A stretch of 64,000 nt of DNA, from the NCBI RefSeq assembly GCF_006345805.1, contig NC_043009.1, positions 20,646,001 to 20,710,000 of the forward strand, read 5' to 3'. How positions within the stretch are numbered: position 1 is the first letter of the stretch; every line of letters begins with the position of its first letter. The translations under genes and the position numbers were made by a program. The stretch comes from Octopus sinensis (taxonomy: Eukaryota). Positions 38,085-50,700 of the stretch are shown here, one piece after another. The notes under the pieces were generated by a model. The model made no database searches and was not told the origin of the DNA. It worked only from the letters and a program-made list of their open reading frames with translations.

Positions 38085-38580
38085 TCTGATAATGTGGCTA
38101 AAATATTTGCCATATTCTGAACGCCTTACTTCCCTGGGCATGGATACATTGAAACTCCGACATCTGGCAGCTGACTTGGCAGACACCCATAAAATTATCA
38201 ACCATCTTACAAACAATAACTCTGAGCACTTTTTCAAACTCCATCTGTCTAACACCCATGGACATGTTTACAAAGTCAGAAAACAGCACAGCTCCCATGA
38301 CTTTCGGAAACATTTTTTCACGCTAAGAGTTGCTGAAGCATGGAACAAACTGCCGGCATCACTTGTTAGTTGTCGGAGCACTGCAGCCTTCAAAACTTCC
38401 ATGCTTCCTGAGATTCGCCAACACTACACCTGATTTTCTCCCCTCCATACACATGCAAGCATGTATCCGACTCATACTCTGTTCACTTTCCAGACATTTG
38501 TACATTACTACATATGCTTTATACACACTTTTGACAAGTTGTGGTGCACCTGAGCACTGTATACAATAATTTTATTATAT
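38085..38580 (+). mobile_element. 3' end of a second CR1-clade LINE family
   Basis: LPYSERLTSLGMDTLKLRHLAADL...HGHVYKVRKQHS.HDFRKHFFTLRVAEAWNKLP..VSCRSTAAFK is the typical CR1 ORF2 C-terminus. Confidence 0.85.
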
Positions 38581-40111
38581 ATTGCAGCTGCTGTGTCTTG
38601 ACCCTGGTCACCGATTTCTGTTTTGCTCCAGGATTGAATCATTTGTTCAACTGATCTGCAGTGTTTGCCAGGAACATGCCATCTTGAATTGCTCTTGATA
38701 AACTACAGTTAATTAACTGAAGTTATGAGATCTCATCTTTCAAGTTCTGCCATGCTTCCTCATCAAACATCGTTTTAGATGGCTACTGTTATGTTCTTGT
38801 CTTCCAGTTTGAACTTCATCATTATTTGGTGTCACTAACGGAGATGCAAACATGGTTGGATGGTTAAGAAGTTCAGTTTGTAACATTGTGCTTCCTGTTT
38901 CAATCCCACTGCACAGTACCTTAGGCAAATATTTGCTATTGTGTTCTTGAGTTGACAAAAGTCTTGGGAGGCAAAGACTTTGTGGAATCCTGTCTGAGGG
39001 GCTTTTCATGTTGAGTGCTTTTAATAGCGTCCAGTTGTAAGACTTTCATCTCTGTTTACAGTTTAATGATAACTTCCACTGATCATAGAGACTCTTTGAG
39101 AAACAGTTCAGGCTGTTATTCTACTTACTCTAAATATGCCATTAAAAAATTTCCAGGCTTGATCCCTCAGACCTTTTTGTCTATGGGTTGTACAGGTTTG
39201 GAAATAATCAGTTTTATATATATATATTCTTGCTCCCACGTTGAAACTGTTTCTATGGCTGATGACCTTGCTATCATAAACTTCCATGCTTTGGTGAGCC
39301 GTGTATTTGAATTTTAATACAAGAATTGGAAAAATAAGATCTCTTTGTCCTTCTGTTTTTTTTCATTCAATCCACAAATCCAACATGTGTTGAAATTCTA
39401 AGCCTGAACTTTTCGGTGATACCCGATAACCAAATGTATTTCACCCTTCTGCACATGTTTTAACTTTCTGGTTAATATTAATCTGCCATCTAAGGTGGTG
39501 AGCTGGAGAAGTGTTAGCATGTGGGGCAAAATGCTTAGCTTTATATTCTGAGTTCAAATTCCACTGAGGTCACCTTTGCCTTTCATTCTTTTAAAGTTAA
39601 TAAAATAAGTATCAGTTGAGCATGGGGTCAATGTAACCAACTCATTATCGCCCCTGAAATTGCTGGCATTGTGTCAAAATTTGAAACCAATATTAATTTG
39701 CCATCTATTTGAACCTTCAGCAATTTTATCTGTCGTAATCGCAGCATCAAATTTGCTTTGTATTTCATTTTTTCCATGGTGCTTGTCCAGGACTTTCACA
39801 GACATCTATGGTTGTTGAAACCAATGTGGTTTATGTTCAGCTTAAACATCTTCCTCGATCGTGTTTTGTGGAAGAAAGAAGGACAAAATATGATAGATGG
39901 ATGGTGAGACACAATAGGTCTTCCTTGTTGCAGAACTTATTGTTCAATTACACCTTTTAAAATCATTGGTTTATTTCTTGCAGCACATCATTTATCTAAA
40001 GATTTTCAATATTGTTCTTATACAATATATTCTATTATTAGCATAATGATTCTCCCAAGACACAACAAAATTACTTGTATTTATACACACACACACACAT
40101 ATATATATTTA

Positions 40112-40299
40112 TAAAATATGAATTAGAGATAAACCACTATTATGCAACTCAAACAGTGATAGACATAAACCAATACATAAATAACAAATATATATATTTT
40201 TTTATTTTTATTATAACATAACTAGATCTCAAAAAGTATAAAATGTATGATAAATATATATGTTGCATAATAGTGGTCTTATCTCTAATTCATATTTTA
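40112..40299. repeat. Fold-back element with ~37-bp inverted repeats
   Basis: taaaatatgaattagagataaaccactattatgcaac ... gttgcataatagtggtcttatctctaattcatatttta. Confidence 0.8.
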
Positions 40300-40391
40300 C
40301 ATATTTATACTGAAATTTGATTTAATACTAAATTGAATTTTTCCCTGTAAGTTTGGAGTTATACTCTCTAATATTATATATATATATATAT

Positions 40392-40754
40392 ATCATTGCT
40401 ATTATGTTAAACTGTCGTTTGGCCAAATGCGTATTTTGTTTTTCATTATTTAATTTTGCTTGCAATAGTTGGTTCTTTTGGTCAAACTATATCTCCAGCT
40501 GCTTCAGATGCCAAGATATTAAAGATTGTCAAATTGTAGTACAACGGTTTAGCATTTCTCAAAAGTGTAGTAAGTCCCACATTCGACAGTTTTGCAAAAA
40601 TATTTCTGACTGAAAATGTTATGCATGGAGTTAGGATTTTATGCGCCCAACTAAGTATTGCTAATGTAAAAAAAAAATGGAATGGTGAATCTTTTTTTGT
40701 TTTCTGAAAAAGCAACGTTTTGGACTTACAACACTTTTGCATAATAGCAATGGT
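40392..40754. mobile_element. MITE with short TIRs in a (TA)n context
   Basis: cattgctattatg (40394-40406) / cataatagcaatg (40740-40752), imperfectly extending to about 25 bp. Flanked by TA repeats. Confidence 0.7.
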
Positions 40755-41070
40755 ATATATATATATATAGGAATTTTTTGCTAGTAAGATAAAAAAACCA
40801 AAGCTGTGTAGATATTAGAACATTTATAGATAGAAGGTTTTATAGCTGTTTCTAGGATATTTGTTAATTATATCCCTTCATTGGAGACGGTGTGAGAGGA
40901 TAGTTAAGTCATAGTTAGTTTAGATGTGATACAAAATGGAGAGTGAGGCGGAGGAAAGAAAATAGAAGCATGATATGTGTGGGTATTGAAGTTGTAAATC
41001 CATTTTTTAGGCATAATGGTATATATGCAATATTCTAATATCCTATGAGTAAAGTCCAACATATATATAT

Positions 41071-41279
41071 ATATGAGGGGGTGTTGAAAAGATCCTGGCT
41101 TAGGTATTGTGAAAGACATGGTTGGAGGCGCAATCTTCCATGTTCTTTTACAGGGCTTAGAGAAACTGAAAGATCACTGCAATAAGTGTGTGAATTTGAG
41201 AGGAGAATATGTTGAATAAAACTGATAGTCCTGTATTTTCTTCTTCCTAAAGGCAGAAACTTTTCAGCAGCCCCTTGTA
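41071..41279. mobile_element. Mariner-derived MITE
   Basis: TIRs tatgagggggtgttgaaaag / cttttcagcagccccttgta, TA flanks; internal remnant of the transposase C-terminus. Confidence 0.7.
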
Positions 41280-41419
41280 TGTGTGCATGCATTAGCATTT
41301 TATCTGCCATGTAGAATCTGAAAGAAATACAACTTTTGCCATGTGTATGTATGCATGCACACAAGCAGTATTTCTCTCAGATTCTACATGGCAGATAAAA
41401 TGCTAACAAGAAATGAAAA

Positions 41420-41815
41420 AACATGCAGTCATTGTTGTCACGTGTATTGAACACTGCAATTTAGAAATTGCCAGCTAAGTGTCACAAATGTGAAGGTTTG
41501 AAGGAAATGAAGCCAGCATGCTCTGCTGAGTGGGTAATGTCAGTGTGCAGGTATGACAGTGTAAATGACTTGAGACGAAAACTGAGCATAAGAGAGAAGA
41601 CTAAACTGGTATGGTCAAGTGATACATATGGATGAGGACAGCTGCTTAAAGAAGTGCCAATTTCTGGGAACCTGCGGAATGGGAGATCCAGGAAGGTGTA
41701 GGACAAAGTAATGAGAAATTACCTTCAAATGTTGAGCCTCTCTGAGATTACAAAGAACAGAACCTTCTGTCAGTTTGCTGTATTTCAGAGGACACATCAG
41801 GTTAAGAAAAATTGT
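41420..41815 (+). mobile_element. RTE LINE 3' fragment
   Basis: Decayed LNWYGQVIHMDEDSCLKKCQ...GTCG.GRSRK. Confidence 0.7.
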
Positions 41816-42317
41816 GGTCATCCATTTATGTCCATAACCCCACACACACACACAATTCTCTCCCACCCACCAACTGCAGGCCTTGCCAATCGATGCTCTC
41901 TCCATACTCTCACATATCTACCATACTCCCCTCCCAGCCATTTCCAATTCCTCTCAACATCACTCGCTATCTCTAAACATCATCTCTCATGCTCTTATGG
42001 AACACGCCCCTCTATCCCCTCTTACACTACTCCTGCTGTTCCTTGTAGGCAGACCCTCTCCAACTCTCCCACCTTCCTCTCCTTCCTTGTCCTGTTGGGG
42101 TAGCCAAGTATCTCCTCTATAGTAGGACAACTATCTCTGTCCCTCTATCATACCCTAACCTCTTGTCTGGTACACAGCCATTTCTCTTGGTTCCACTTCC
42201 TCTCTTCTCAGCTGAGAAGTCTGTCTTGCAAGCTATTTGGTGACTCGGCAGGTGGTGGTACCATGTAAAATGCTGGTGTCATGTAAAAAGCACCACCTAT
42301 GCTACTTAAGAAGCATC

Positions 42318-42677
42318 TAGATGATGATATGTATGACCCAAGATATTTGTAATCAGAAACCATATTTAAGGGCGTATTGTTGAGAGTATGGATGATGAAA
42401 TCACTGTTGGACAGGCACTTGTTTACATATTCAGTCTTAGACTCTTTGAGGTAAAGACCTACACAATTTGAGGCTTGTTCAAGAGACTGGGCATTGGAGA
42501 GAGAATCACTGATAAGCCATCTGCTTGTGATACCACAGGGCGCACACTCTCCTACTCTGATGTAATCTCCAGGGATACAGGCATCCAGCGACAGGACCTC
42601 CGTAATGCTATGATGGACCGTGAAGTCTGGCGTAACATAGTAAATTCCATTGTCTCGACCACGTTCGAACAATGATG
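42318..42677 (+). mobile_element. 5'-inverted RTE-X-like insertion with a 10-bp TSD
   Basis: 42318 to about 42525 is antisense RT (LISDSLSNAQSL..VGLYLKESKTEY...DYKYLGSYISSS). About 42535-42677 is the sense 3' end (GRTLSYSDVISRDTG...DREVWR) + TGA tail. TSD AAGAAGCATC at 42308-42317 and 42678-42687. Confidence 0.8.
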
Positions 42678-43987
42678 AAGAAGCATCCTGTACACTGTAA
42701 AGTGGTTGGCATTAGGAAGGGCATCCAGCCATAGAAACCATGTCAAAACAGATGATTGGAGCAGTGCTCCAGCTTTGCCAGCTCCTGTCAAACCATCCAA
42801 CCCATGCTAGCATGGAAAGAAGATGTAAAATTATGATCTTTTGTACACAAAGTTTGGATAGAACTGGAAGCTTTTGGCAGTAATGTATCAATCATATCAA
42901 AGAGAAAAGAACATTGTAAACATCTGGTTGCTATAAGGGACACCACACTTCATCTCAAAACATCAATGATGATCTCAGAAAATCGTTTTTAAGAAATCCA
43001 GGTTCTTTAACGATGATAGAAGCTAATCCATGTCTACAAAGACATAGGAAAACTTTGATCCATGCTAATCTGTTACTTAACAAGGTTAAATACCTCCATG
43101 GACATGACATGATTTGGCTTTCAAATTAGGACTTTGACCAAAAGTCTAACAAATGCTTACGTGCACATCCTTCTGATGTCCTCAGAGTGATGTACACTAA
43201 GTGTTCAGCAACTGTGATGGTTTTAGGAGAGGAGAGTAACAAAAGTCAGTTAATCCAACCACTCAGACCAGGTTCAGTCCCACTGTGCAGTGCCTTAGGT
43301 AAACATTTTCAAAAGCCAGCCCCAGATCAAGCAAAGCCTTGTGGGTGGATGTGCTTGATGGAAACTGAAAGAAGCTCCTTGCATAATATGTTTGTGTATA
43401 TGTCTTCTAGTTTTGTAAATGCATATCACCATCATACAAACAGGGTCTTTTGTTTCCAGTTTTCTGGGAAATATACCTGGGGTTGATGAAATTGACTAGC
43501 TGCCCCCACTCCCCTCCCTTATTGTTATGACCAATACCACACAAACATACGCATGTGTATGAAAGCTCTCGAAAGACAATTTAGACTTCCCAAAATGCAA
43601 AGAGTATAATTTGTACTACCGTCATCATCATTATCAACAACAACAACAGTGGCTGTAATATTTGATTTCAAATTTTGGTACAAGGCCAGCAATTTTAGGG
43701 AAGGACTACTCAATTACATCAAACCCAGTGTTCAACTGCTATTTATTTTATCAACCCCGAAAGGATGGGTGTAAGGCAAAGTGAACCTCGATGTAATCTG
43801 AACTGAGAATATGAAGACAGAAGAAATGCCGCTAAGCATTTTGCCCGACATGCTAATGAATCTGCTCCCCTGCCGACTTAGTGGTTGTGGTAATAATTAT
43901 TGTGGACGATAAACTTTTTAATAAAACAATTAAATTGAGACCAGACAGCTGGTTCTCTTTCAACACCACTTATCTTTATTTACTTTA

Positions 43988-44018
<31 letters not shown>

Positions 44019-44029
44019 CAATATTTTTT

Positions 44030-45085
44030 ATTTATATTTTATTTTATTTTATCTAGTTTAGCTCATGAGCTGTGGCCATGCTGGGGCACCGCCATTTGGT
44101 GTTGCTACATGATTTTACTTCATGAATGCTTTTTAGCAATTGCCATTTGGTGCATGAGGGAGTTCGATGCAGCTGCCCTCATCTGCACCTCCTGCTGTAA
44201 AGTTGGTTCATCTGGGACACCTGACAGGAAGAGATCCAGTTTTATTTTAAAGACATCTGCATCCACCCCATGCAGGTTCTTCGGGAGGATATTGAAGAGC
44301 TGTGGGCCTCTGAAGCCCAGGCTATCACAGTATCTTGTCCTACATCTTGATGGCAAATTTGGAGTCCTTGGCACTATGCAGTGGCGCCCAGTTCTAGTAT
44401 TTGTGTAACTCTCGATGCCAAAGTTTGGGACAAGTCCTTCTAGGATCTTCCAGATGTATATTATGGCATATCTTTCTCGCCAACGCTCCAAGGAATAGAG
44501 TCTTAATCTCTTGAGTCTTTCCCAGTAGCTTATATGCTGCACAGAGGCTATCTTCTTCGTGTAGCTTCGTTGGATCACCTCAAGTTCTGTGATTAACTTG
44601 ACACTGGATGGTGACCATAGCTGAGAGCAATAGTCAAAGTGGCTTAGGACAAGTGTCCTCCAGAGGACCATCATGGTTTCCTGGTCTCTTGTTCTAAAGG
44701 TTCTAAGAATCCATCCGGTCAGCTGCCTACATTTCATTGCCAATTTAGCAACATGCACATGAAAGGCTGCATCATCACTCATGTAAATACCCAGGTCTCG
44801 CACTGATTGTGCCTCTGGGATTGCAATCCCTCCAGGCCCAGTGTATTTATTGGGTATTGCATTTAGTTTTGCATGCTGATAGCATAAAGCTTGAAACTTT
44901 TCAGCATTGAACTGCATGCTATTCTTTTCAGTCCACTTGTATATTTTGTCCAGCACACATGCAGGTGCATAGTGTCTTCAGAGTTCTGTATTGCCTGTGA
45001 AACTTTTGTATCATCTGCAAAACTTGTGATCGTGGCTCTTTGCATGGCTGAGGGCATGTCTGAGAGGGCCATTATGAACAGTAGT
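44030..45085 (-). mobile_element. 5'-truncated CR1 LINE, same family as 14204-16462
   Basis: Nearly identical protein (MALSDMPSA..RATITSFADDTKV...RAAASNSLMHQ); (TAAAA)n tail. Confidence 0.93.
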
Positions 45086-45119
45086 ATTGTATATATATAT
45101 ATATATATTTATACATATA

Positions 45120-45685
45120 GTGAGCGGTGTTCCACAGGGACCACTGCTTTTTATAGTGGCCCTCTCAGATATGCCCGGATAGCCACTCTGGCAAGCTATG
45201 CAGAAGATACGAAAGTCTCACAGAAAATACGGAACCTCAGCAATGTTGCACACCTGCAGCAGGAGTTGGACTTAATCTACAGATGGGCTGAGGATAATAA
45301 TATGCAGTTTAATGCTGAAAAATTCCAGGCCCTGCGCTACCAGCATCCAAAACTGAATATTTACAGGATACACCGGTCCACAGGGAATTTCAATCCCAGA
45401 GCCTAAGTCTGTGAGGGACCTGGGTATCAACATGAGTGAGGATACATCTTTCCAAGTGCACATTACCAGGATGGCGACAAAGTGCAAACGACTGGCTGGA
45501 TGGATCCTAAAAACATTCAGAACCAGAGATAAGGAAACCATGATGGTCCTCTGAGGAACATTCGTCCTCAGCCACCTGGATTACTGCTCACAGCTATGGT
45601 CCCCACTAGTGTGAAATTAACAGCGGACCTTGAAGAAATCCAGAGAAGATTCACCAAGAAGATCGTCTCTTTGCAACAGCTCAGC

Positions 45686-45688
<3 letters not shown>
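45120..45688 (+). mobile_element. CR1 LINE fragment (related subfamily), head-to-head with the previous copy
   Basis: VSGVPQG..PLLFIVALSDM...YAEDTKVSQ...FNAEKFQAL...LDYCSQLW; broken by (TA)n at 45689. Confidence 0.85.
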
Positions 45689-45740
<52 letters not shown>

Positions 45741-45837
45741 TATATATATATATATATATTATATATATTATATATTATATATATATTATATATATATTAT
45801 ATATATTATATATATATATATTATATAATATATATAT

Positions 45838-45868
<31 letters not shown>

Positions 45869-45968
45869 ATTATGAGATATATATATTATATATATATATA
45901 TTATATATATTATATATATATATATATTATATATATATTATATATATATATATATTATAGATATATAG

Positions 45969-46006
<38 letters not shown>

Positions 46007-46274
46007 TATATATATATATATTATATATATATATTATATATATATATATATATAATTATTAATTATATTATATATTTATATATATATATATATATATATT
46101 AATATATATATGTATATATAGGTAATATATATATATATTATATATATATTATTATATAGATATATTATATATATATAATATTTATATATATATATTTATA
46201 TATATATTATATTATATATATATAGTATTATATTATATATATAGATAATTATATATATATATATTTATATATAT

Positions 46275-46342
<68 letters not shown>

Positions 46343-46377
46343 CATATATTATATATATATATATTATATATATATTA

Positions 46378-46409
<32 letters not shown>

Positions 46410-46474
46410 TATATTATATTATATATATATATTATATATATATATATATTATATATATATATATATATATAATA

Positions 46475-46507
<33 letters not shown>

Positions 46508-46526
46508 ATATTATATATATTATATA

Positions 46527-46571
<45 letters not shown>

Positions 46572-46605
46572 ATATTATATATGTTATAATATATATGTAT
46601 ATATA

Positions 46606-46645
<40 letters not shown>

Positions 46646-46674
46646 TATAATATATATATATACATATATATATA

Positions 46675-46722
<48 letters not shown>

Positions 46723-46729
46723 ATATATT

Positions 46730-46771
<42 letters not shown>

Positions 46772-46922
46772 TATATATATATATATATTATATATATATA
46801 GTATATATTATATAGATTATATATATATATATTATATATATATATATTATATATATATATAGTATATTATATATATATTTACATATATATTATATATATA
46901 TATATATATTATATATATATAT

Positions 46923-46953
<31 letters not shown>

Positions 46954-47230
46954 ATATTATTATATATATATATATAATAGATATATATTATATTATACAT
47001 ATATATATATATTATATATATATATTATACATATATATATATATTATATATATATATATATCTCATATATATATATTATATATTAATATATTATTATATA
47101 TATATTATTATATATATATATTATATATATATATATATTATATATTATATTATATATATATTATATATATATATATATATATAATATATATATATATATA
47201 TAATAATATATATTATATATATATATATAT
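45689..47230. repeat. ~1.5 kb irregular (TA)n/(TAT) microsatellite array
   Basis: Almost exclusively A/T. Length and regularity may be affected by assembly. Confidence 0.95.
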
Positions 47231-47640
47231 TGAAATTTTATTCCCGATGTAATCAGTAAGACTAAGCACGTGTCTGTCTTGACACAGAGAGCTGGGGTTA
47301 GTCTTGCGGTTTGCATCTCGAGGACCGAATGTACTGAAGAAGTCATGGACACTTGAATTATGCAAGTAATTCTTTTGTTTAAGACCGAAACCGAGGTATG
47401 CATTAAGTCTGTTTTTATTTTATTAATTTTTCATATGTCCTGCCCGCCAAATTTGGTTCTGGTGTTCGCTGAATTCTTCCTCTAGAGAACTTCCCTTGTA
47501 GTTTGATCGTTTATGATCTATTTCTAGCATTCTGGCGGCTACCTAGCAGGCCAGCCCTGCAATATATACACATATTTGAATTTTCTCTGACTCCTCATAT
47601 TTTTTGAATTGATATTAAAATTAATATTAATTTATCTCCC
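47230..47640 (+). mobile_element. PLE/retrozyme-like island between (TA)n arrays
   Basis: A ~400-bp CpG-containing unit flanked on both sides by TA arrays and containing a hammerhead motif. The family call is inference. Confidence 0.5.
47328..47404 (+). ncRNA. Type I hammerhead ribozyme motif
   Basis: Stem I aatgta/tgcatt (6 bp, one GU); CTGAAGA 47334-47340; stem II gtc/gac with an internal acttg/caagt hairpin; GAAA 47387-47390; short stem III ACC-GA-GGT; GUA triplet 47396-47398. Confidence 0.7.
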
Positions 47641-47708
47641 TCAATTTTTAAATATTTTTTATATATATATTATATATATATATATATATATTAATATATA
47701 TATATAAT

Positions 47709-50700
47709 CTTTACTCTTTTACTCTTTTACTTGTTTCAGCCATCCGGCTGAGGCCATGCTGGGGCACCGCCTTGTTGCTACCCTCTCAGTCCAGTTTGCC
47801 GTGCTGGCCATGATCTAAGAGAGAGTTTGTAGCTGCTGCCCTTAGGTTACCTTCGTACCTTGCATGGGTTCGGGACTGGAAAGCAGGTAGAGCTTGCACT
47901 TGTAGTTTTTTGAAAATGTCACACCGCATCGTACATCTGTAGATCATTCTTGGCTTCTTGGCAGTGTTGTTGAAAGCTGAGGGCCCCTTGAACCCAGGCT
48001 ATTACAGTATCTGCGTCCTTACCCTGGATGTGGAAGACGGGACCTTTGGCACCACCAGTGGACGTCCTGTACGGGATTGGAAAAGCTCTCAATTCCAAAA
48101 TTTGGTGCTAGTCCCTCCAGGATTTTCCATATGTATATCACTGCATATCTCTCTCGTCTTCGTTCCAAGGAGTACAAATTGAGTTCCCTAAGCCCTCCCA
48201 ATAGTTCTTTTCTTTCATGGTGGAAATCCTCTTGGTGAAATGTCTTTGGATTGTCTCAAGCTCTGTGGTTAGTTTGACACTATGCGGTGACCACAGTTGG
48301 GAGCAGTAGTCCAGGGGGCTTAGGACAAAAGTCCTCCATAGTGTCAACATGGTCTCGCAGTCTCTTGTCCGGAATGTCCTCAGGATCCAGCCAGTGAGTC
48401 GTCTGCACATTGTCGCCACCTTCGCGCGATGTGTGAAGAAAAAGATGCATCGTCACTCATGTCTATCCCCAGGTCCTGTATTGATTTCGATACTGGGATT
48501 TCGATCCTCCTGGACCAGTATAGTGTGTTTGTAATGTATATGTGTTTACAGCTTGATATTGTAAGGCTTGAAATTTACCACATTAAATTGCATGTTGTTG
48601 TCTTCAGCCCATTTGTATATGGCATCCAGATCTTGTTGTAAAAGGTCAGCATCAGCTGGTTTGATTTGCCTGTGCTACCTTTGTGTCATCAGCATAGCTA
48701 GTGAGGGATGTTGTTTGTGCTACCAAGGGCATGTCAGAGAGCGCCACAAAAACAGCAAGGGTCCAAGACTGTGCCCTGTGGCACCCCGCTTGCTATTGGT
48801 GTCTTTCCCGAGAGGGCTCATTGGCTGCAACCATCTGGCTTCTGTCCTTCAGGAAGTCATGTATCCACTCACCTACTTTTCCTGTTATGCCGAGTCTGAG
48901 TAATTTGTGACATATCACTCCGTGGTCGACTTTGTCATAGGCCTTCGCAAAGTCGAGATATACCACATCCACCTGTGAGCGATCCAGTAGTTGTTTCAGT
49001 ACCCAGTCGTAGTGTTGTAACAGCTGCGTAAGGCAGCTTCTTCCTGGGCGAAAGCCATGCTGTGTGTCAGTGAGACGGTTAGTTTCTTCGAGGAACGTGA
49101 TCAGTTTTTTCTGATGATTCGTTCCATGACCTTACTTATGTGTGACGTCAGGGAGACTGGCCTGTAGTTTTTGGCCTCTGCTCTACTCCCTCCTTTGTGG
49201 ATAGGGCATATGGTGCCTTCTTTTAGCGCCCTGGGCAGTTTACCGTTAGCCAAGGAACCACTGAAGAGCTCGTTCAGTGGTCCCGCTAGGGCATGCCTGC
49301 ATGTTTTTAGGAGGACTGCTGGGAATCCATCTGGTCCAGCAGCTGAGTTTATTCTCATTTCTTCTATGGCAGATATTACATCCCTCTCTGTTATGTCTAT
49401 GTGGTCGATGGTTGTTGTTTGGTTTTGGAGTGTTGTGGCATCAAAGAAAACTTCTGGGTTGTGATTTGCATGTGCCCAGAGGGGATGTGACCACACTTTT
49501 ATACTGTTCCTTTAGTATTTCACTTATCCCTTGGGGGTCCTCAGTTAGAGAGCCCTTTTTATCAAAGAGTGAGCCAATCTTGCAGTGTACCGAGGTGGTT
49601 TCTTTCGCAAAATTAAAGAAGGCTTTAGGGTTGTTTTAATATTCTCTATGGCCCTGGCTTCTCTCTCTGCCCTCTCCTTCTCATAGGAAAGTTTGAGTGC
49701 AGTTTCCGTTTCAAAAAGTTTCAGGTGGAGTCCCTCATTGTTTCTCTGCCGTGCATTCAGTTGCTTCGAGAGCTTAGCTCTTCGCCTCATAAGTATTTCC
49801 TGTCTCTGGAATAACGTTCCTATGCCCGCTGGCTTTTTTCTCCGGGACAAACTTATGGCATATGTTCTGTATTGTTGTCATGAAATGTTGGAAATGTGTG
49901 TTGGTGTCTTGTGTGGTGATGAAGTCACTCCAGTCATGTTTTCGGATCTCTTCGTTGCTTCTTCCAGTTTGCCTTATGGAAGTTTAGACTGGATAGGCCT
50001 GTGGTGTTTTCTAATGGCTGCGTCTCAACTAACTCTCTCATACCATATATCATTACCTCTACTAAGTTGTGATCTGAGAGAATTGTTGGTGTTACCATTA
50101 TGTTGTGGATGAGCATCGGGTTGCTTGTGAAACAGAGGTCCAAGACATTCTCACCTCTTTGTGGCCAAAGCACTGCTTGCTCCATGAAAAACTTGCGTGT
50201 GAGAGCCAACAAGGACTCTGTCTGTCTCTGTTCAAGTGATGTCATTCCAGGGAGGAGATGGCCATCTGGCCATTGACTTTCGGAAGGTTAAAATCTCCCA
50301 GCAGTAGAATGGTGTTACCCTGGTCCAGTTTGTCCAGGACTTCTTCTATTCTTCTGAGGCTATCTTCAAACACTCCTTCATGACTAGGGGTGTCTGGTGG
50401 CCGATATGTGACACATATTACTATTTTCGGTTGTTCATGTGTACTATCAGTGTGTCACAGACTGAGTTTGAGTGTGTCACACAGTACTATGGGGTGTGTG
50501 ACATCTTCACGGACGTACAGGGCAACCCCACCATGAGTTCTTTCTTCCTGTCCGACCGAAAAACAGTATACTTCGGTATGTGTATTTCTGCATCTGCTAT
50601 ACTGCTTGACAGGTGCGTTTCAGTCAGCGCTATGCATATTGCATGGTTGCTTGTGCTCAAGTCCCTAAGGTAAGGAATTTTACCCATATTAGTGTGTTTC

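Noticed and set aside
39500-39700. tRNA-like A/B boxes
   Set aside because: Heads of degenerate tRNA-derived SINEs; no cloverleaf or proper acceptor stem.
45596-47403. Long Y/I-rich ORFs (also 7031-7301, 51830-52186, 6318-6781, 20623-20941)
   Set aside because: Translation of (TA)n, (GA)n and (CTA)n microsatellites; not coding.
47380-47405. GAG|gtatgc as the donor of a PAIP1 first exon
   Set aside because: A phase-1 join hits an in-frame TAA, the sequence is better explained as the hammerhead cleavage site, and an assembly gap separates it from PAIP1.
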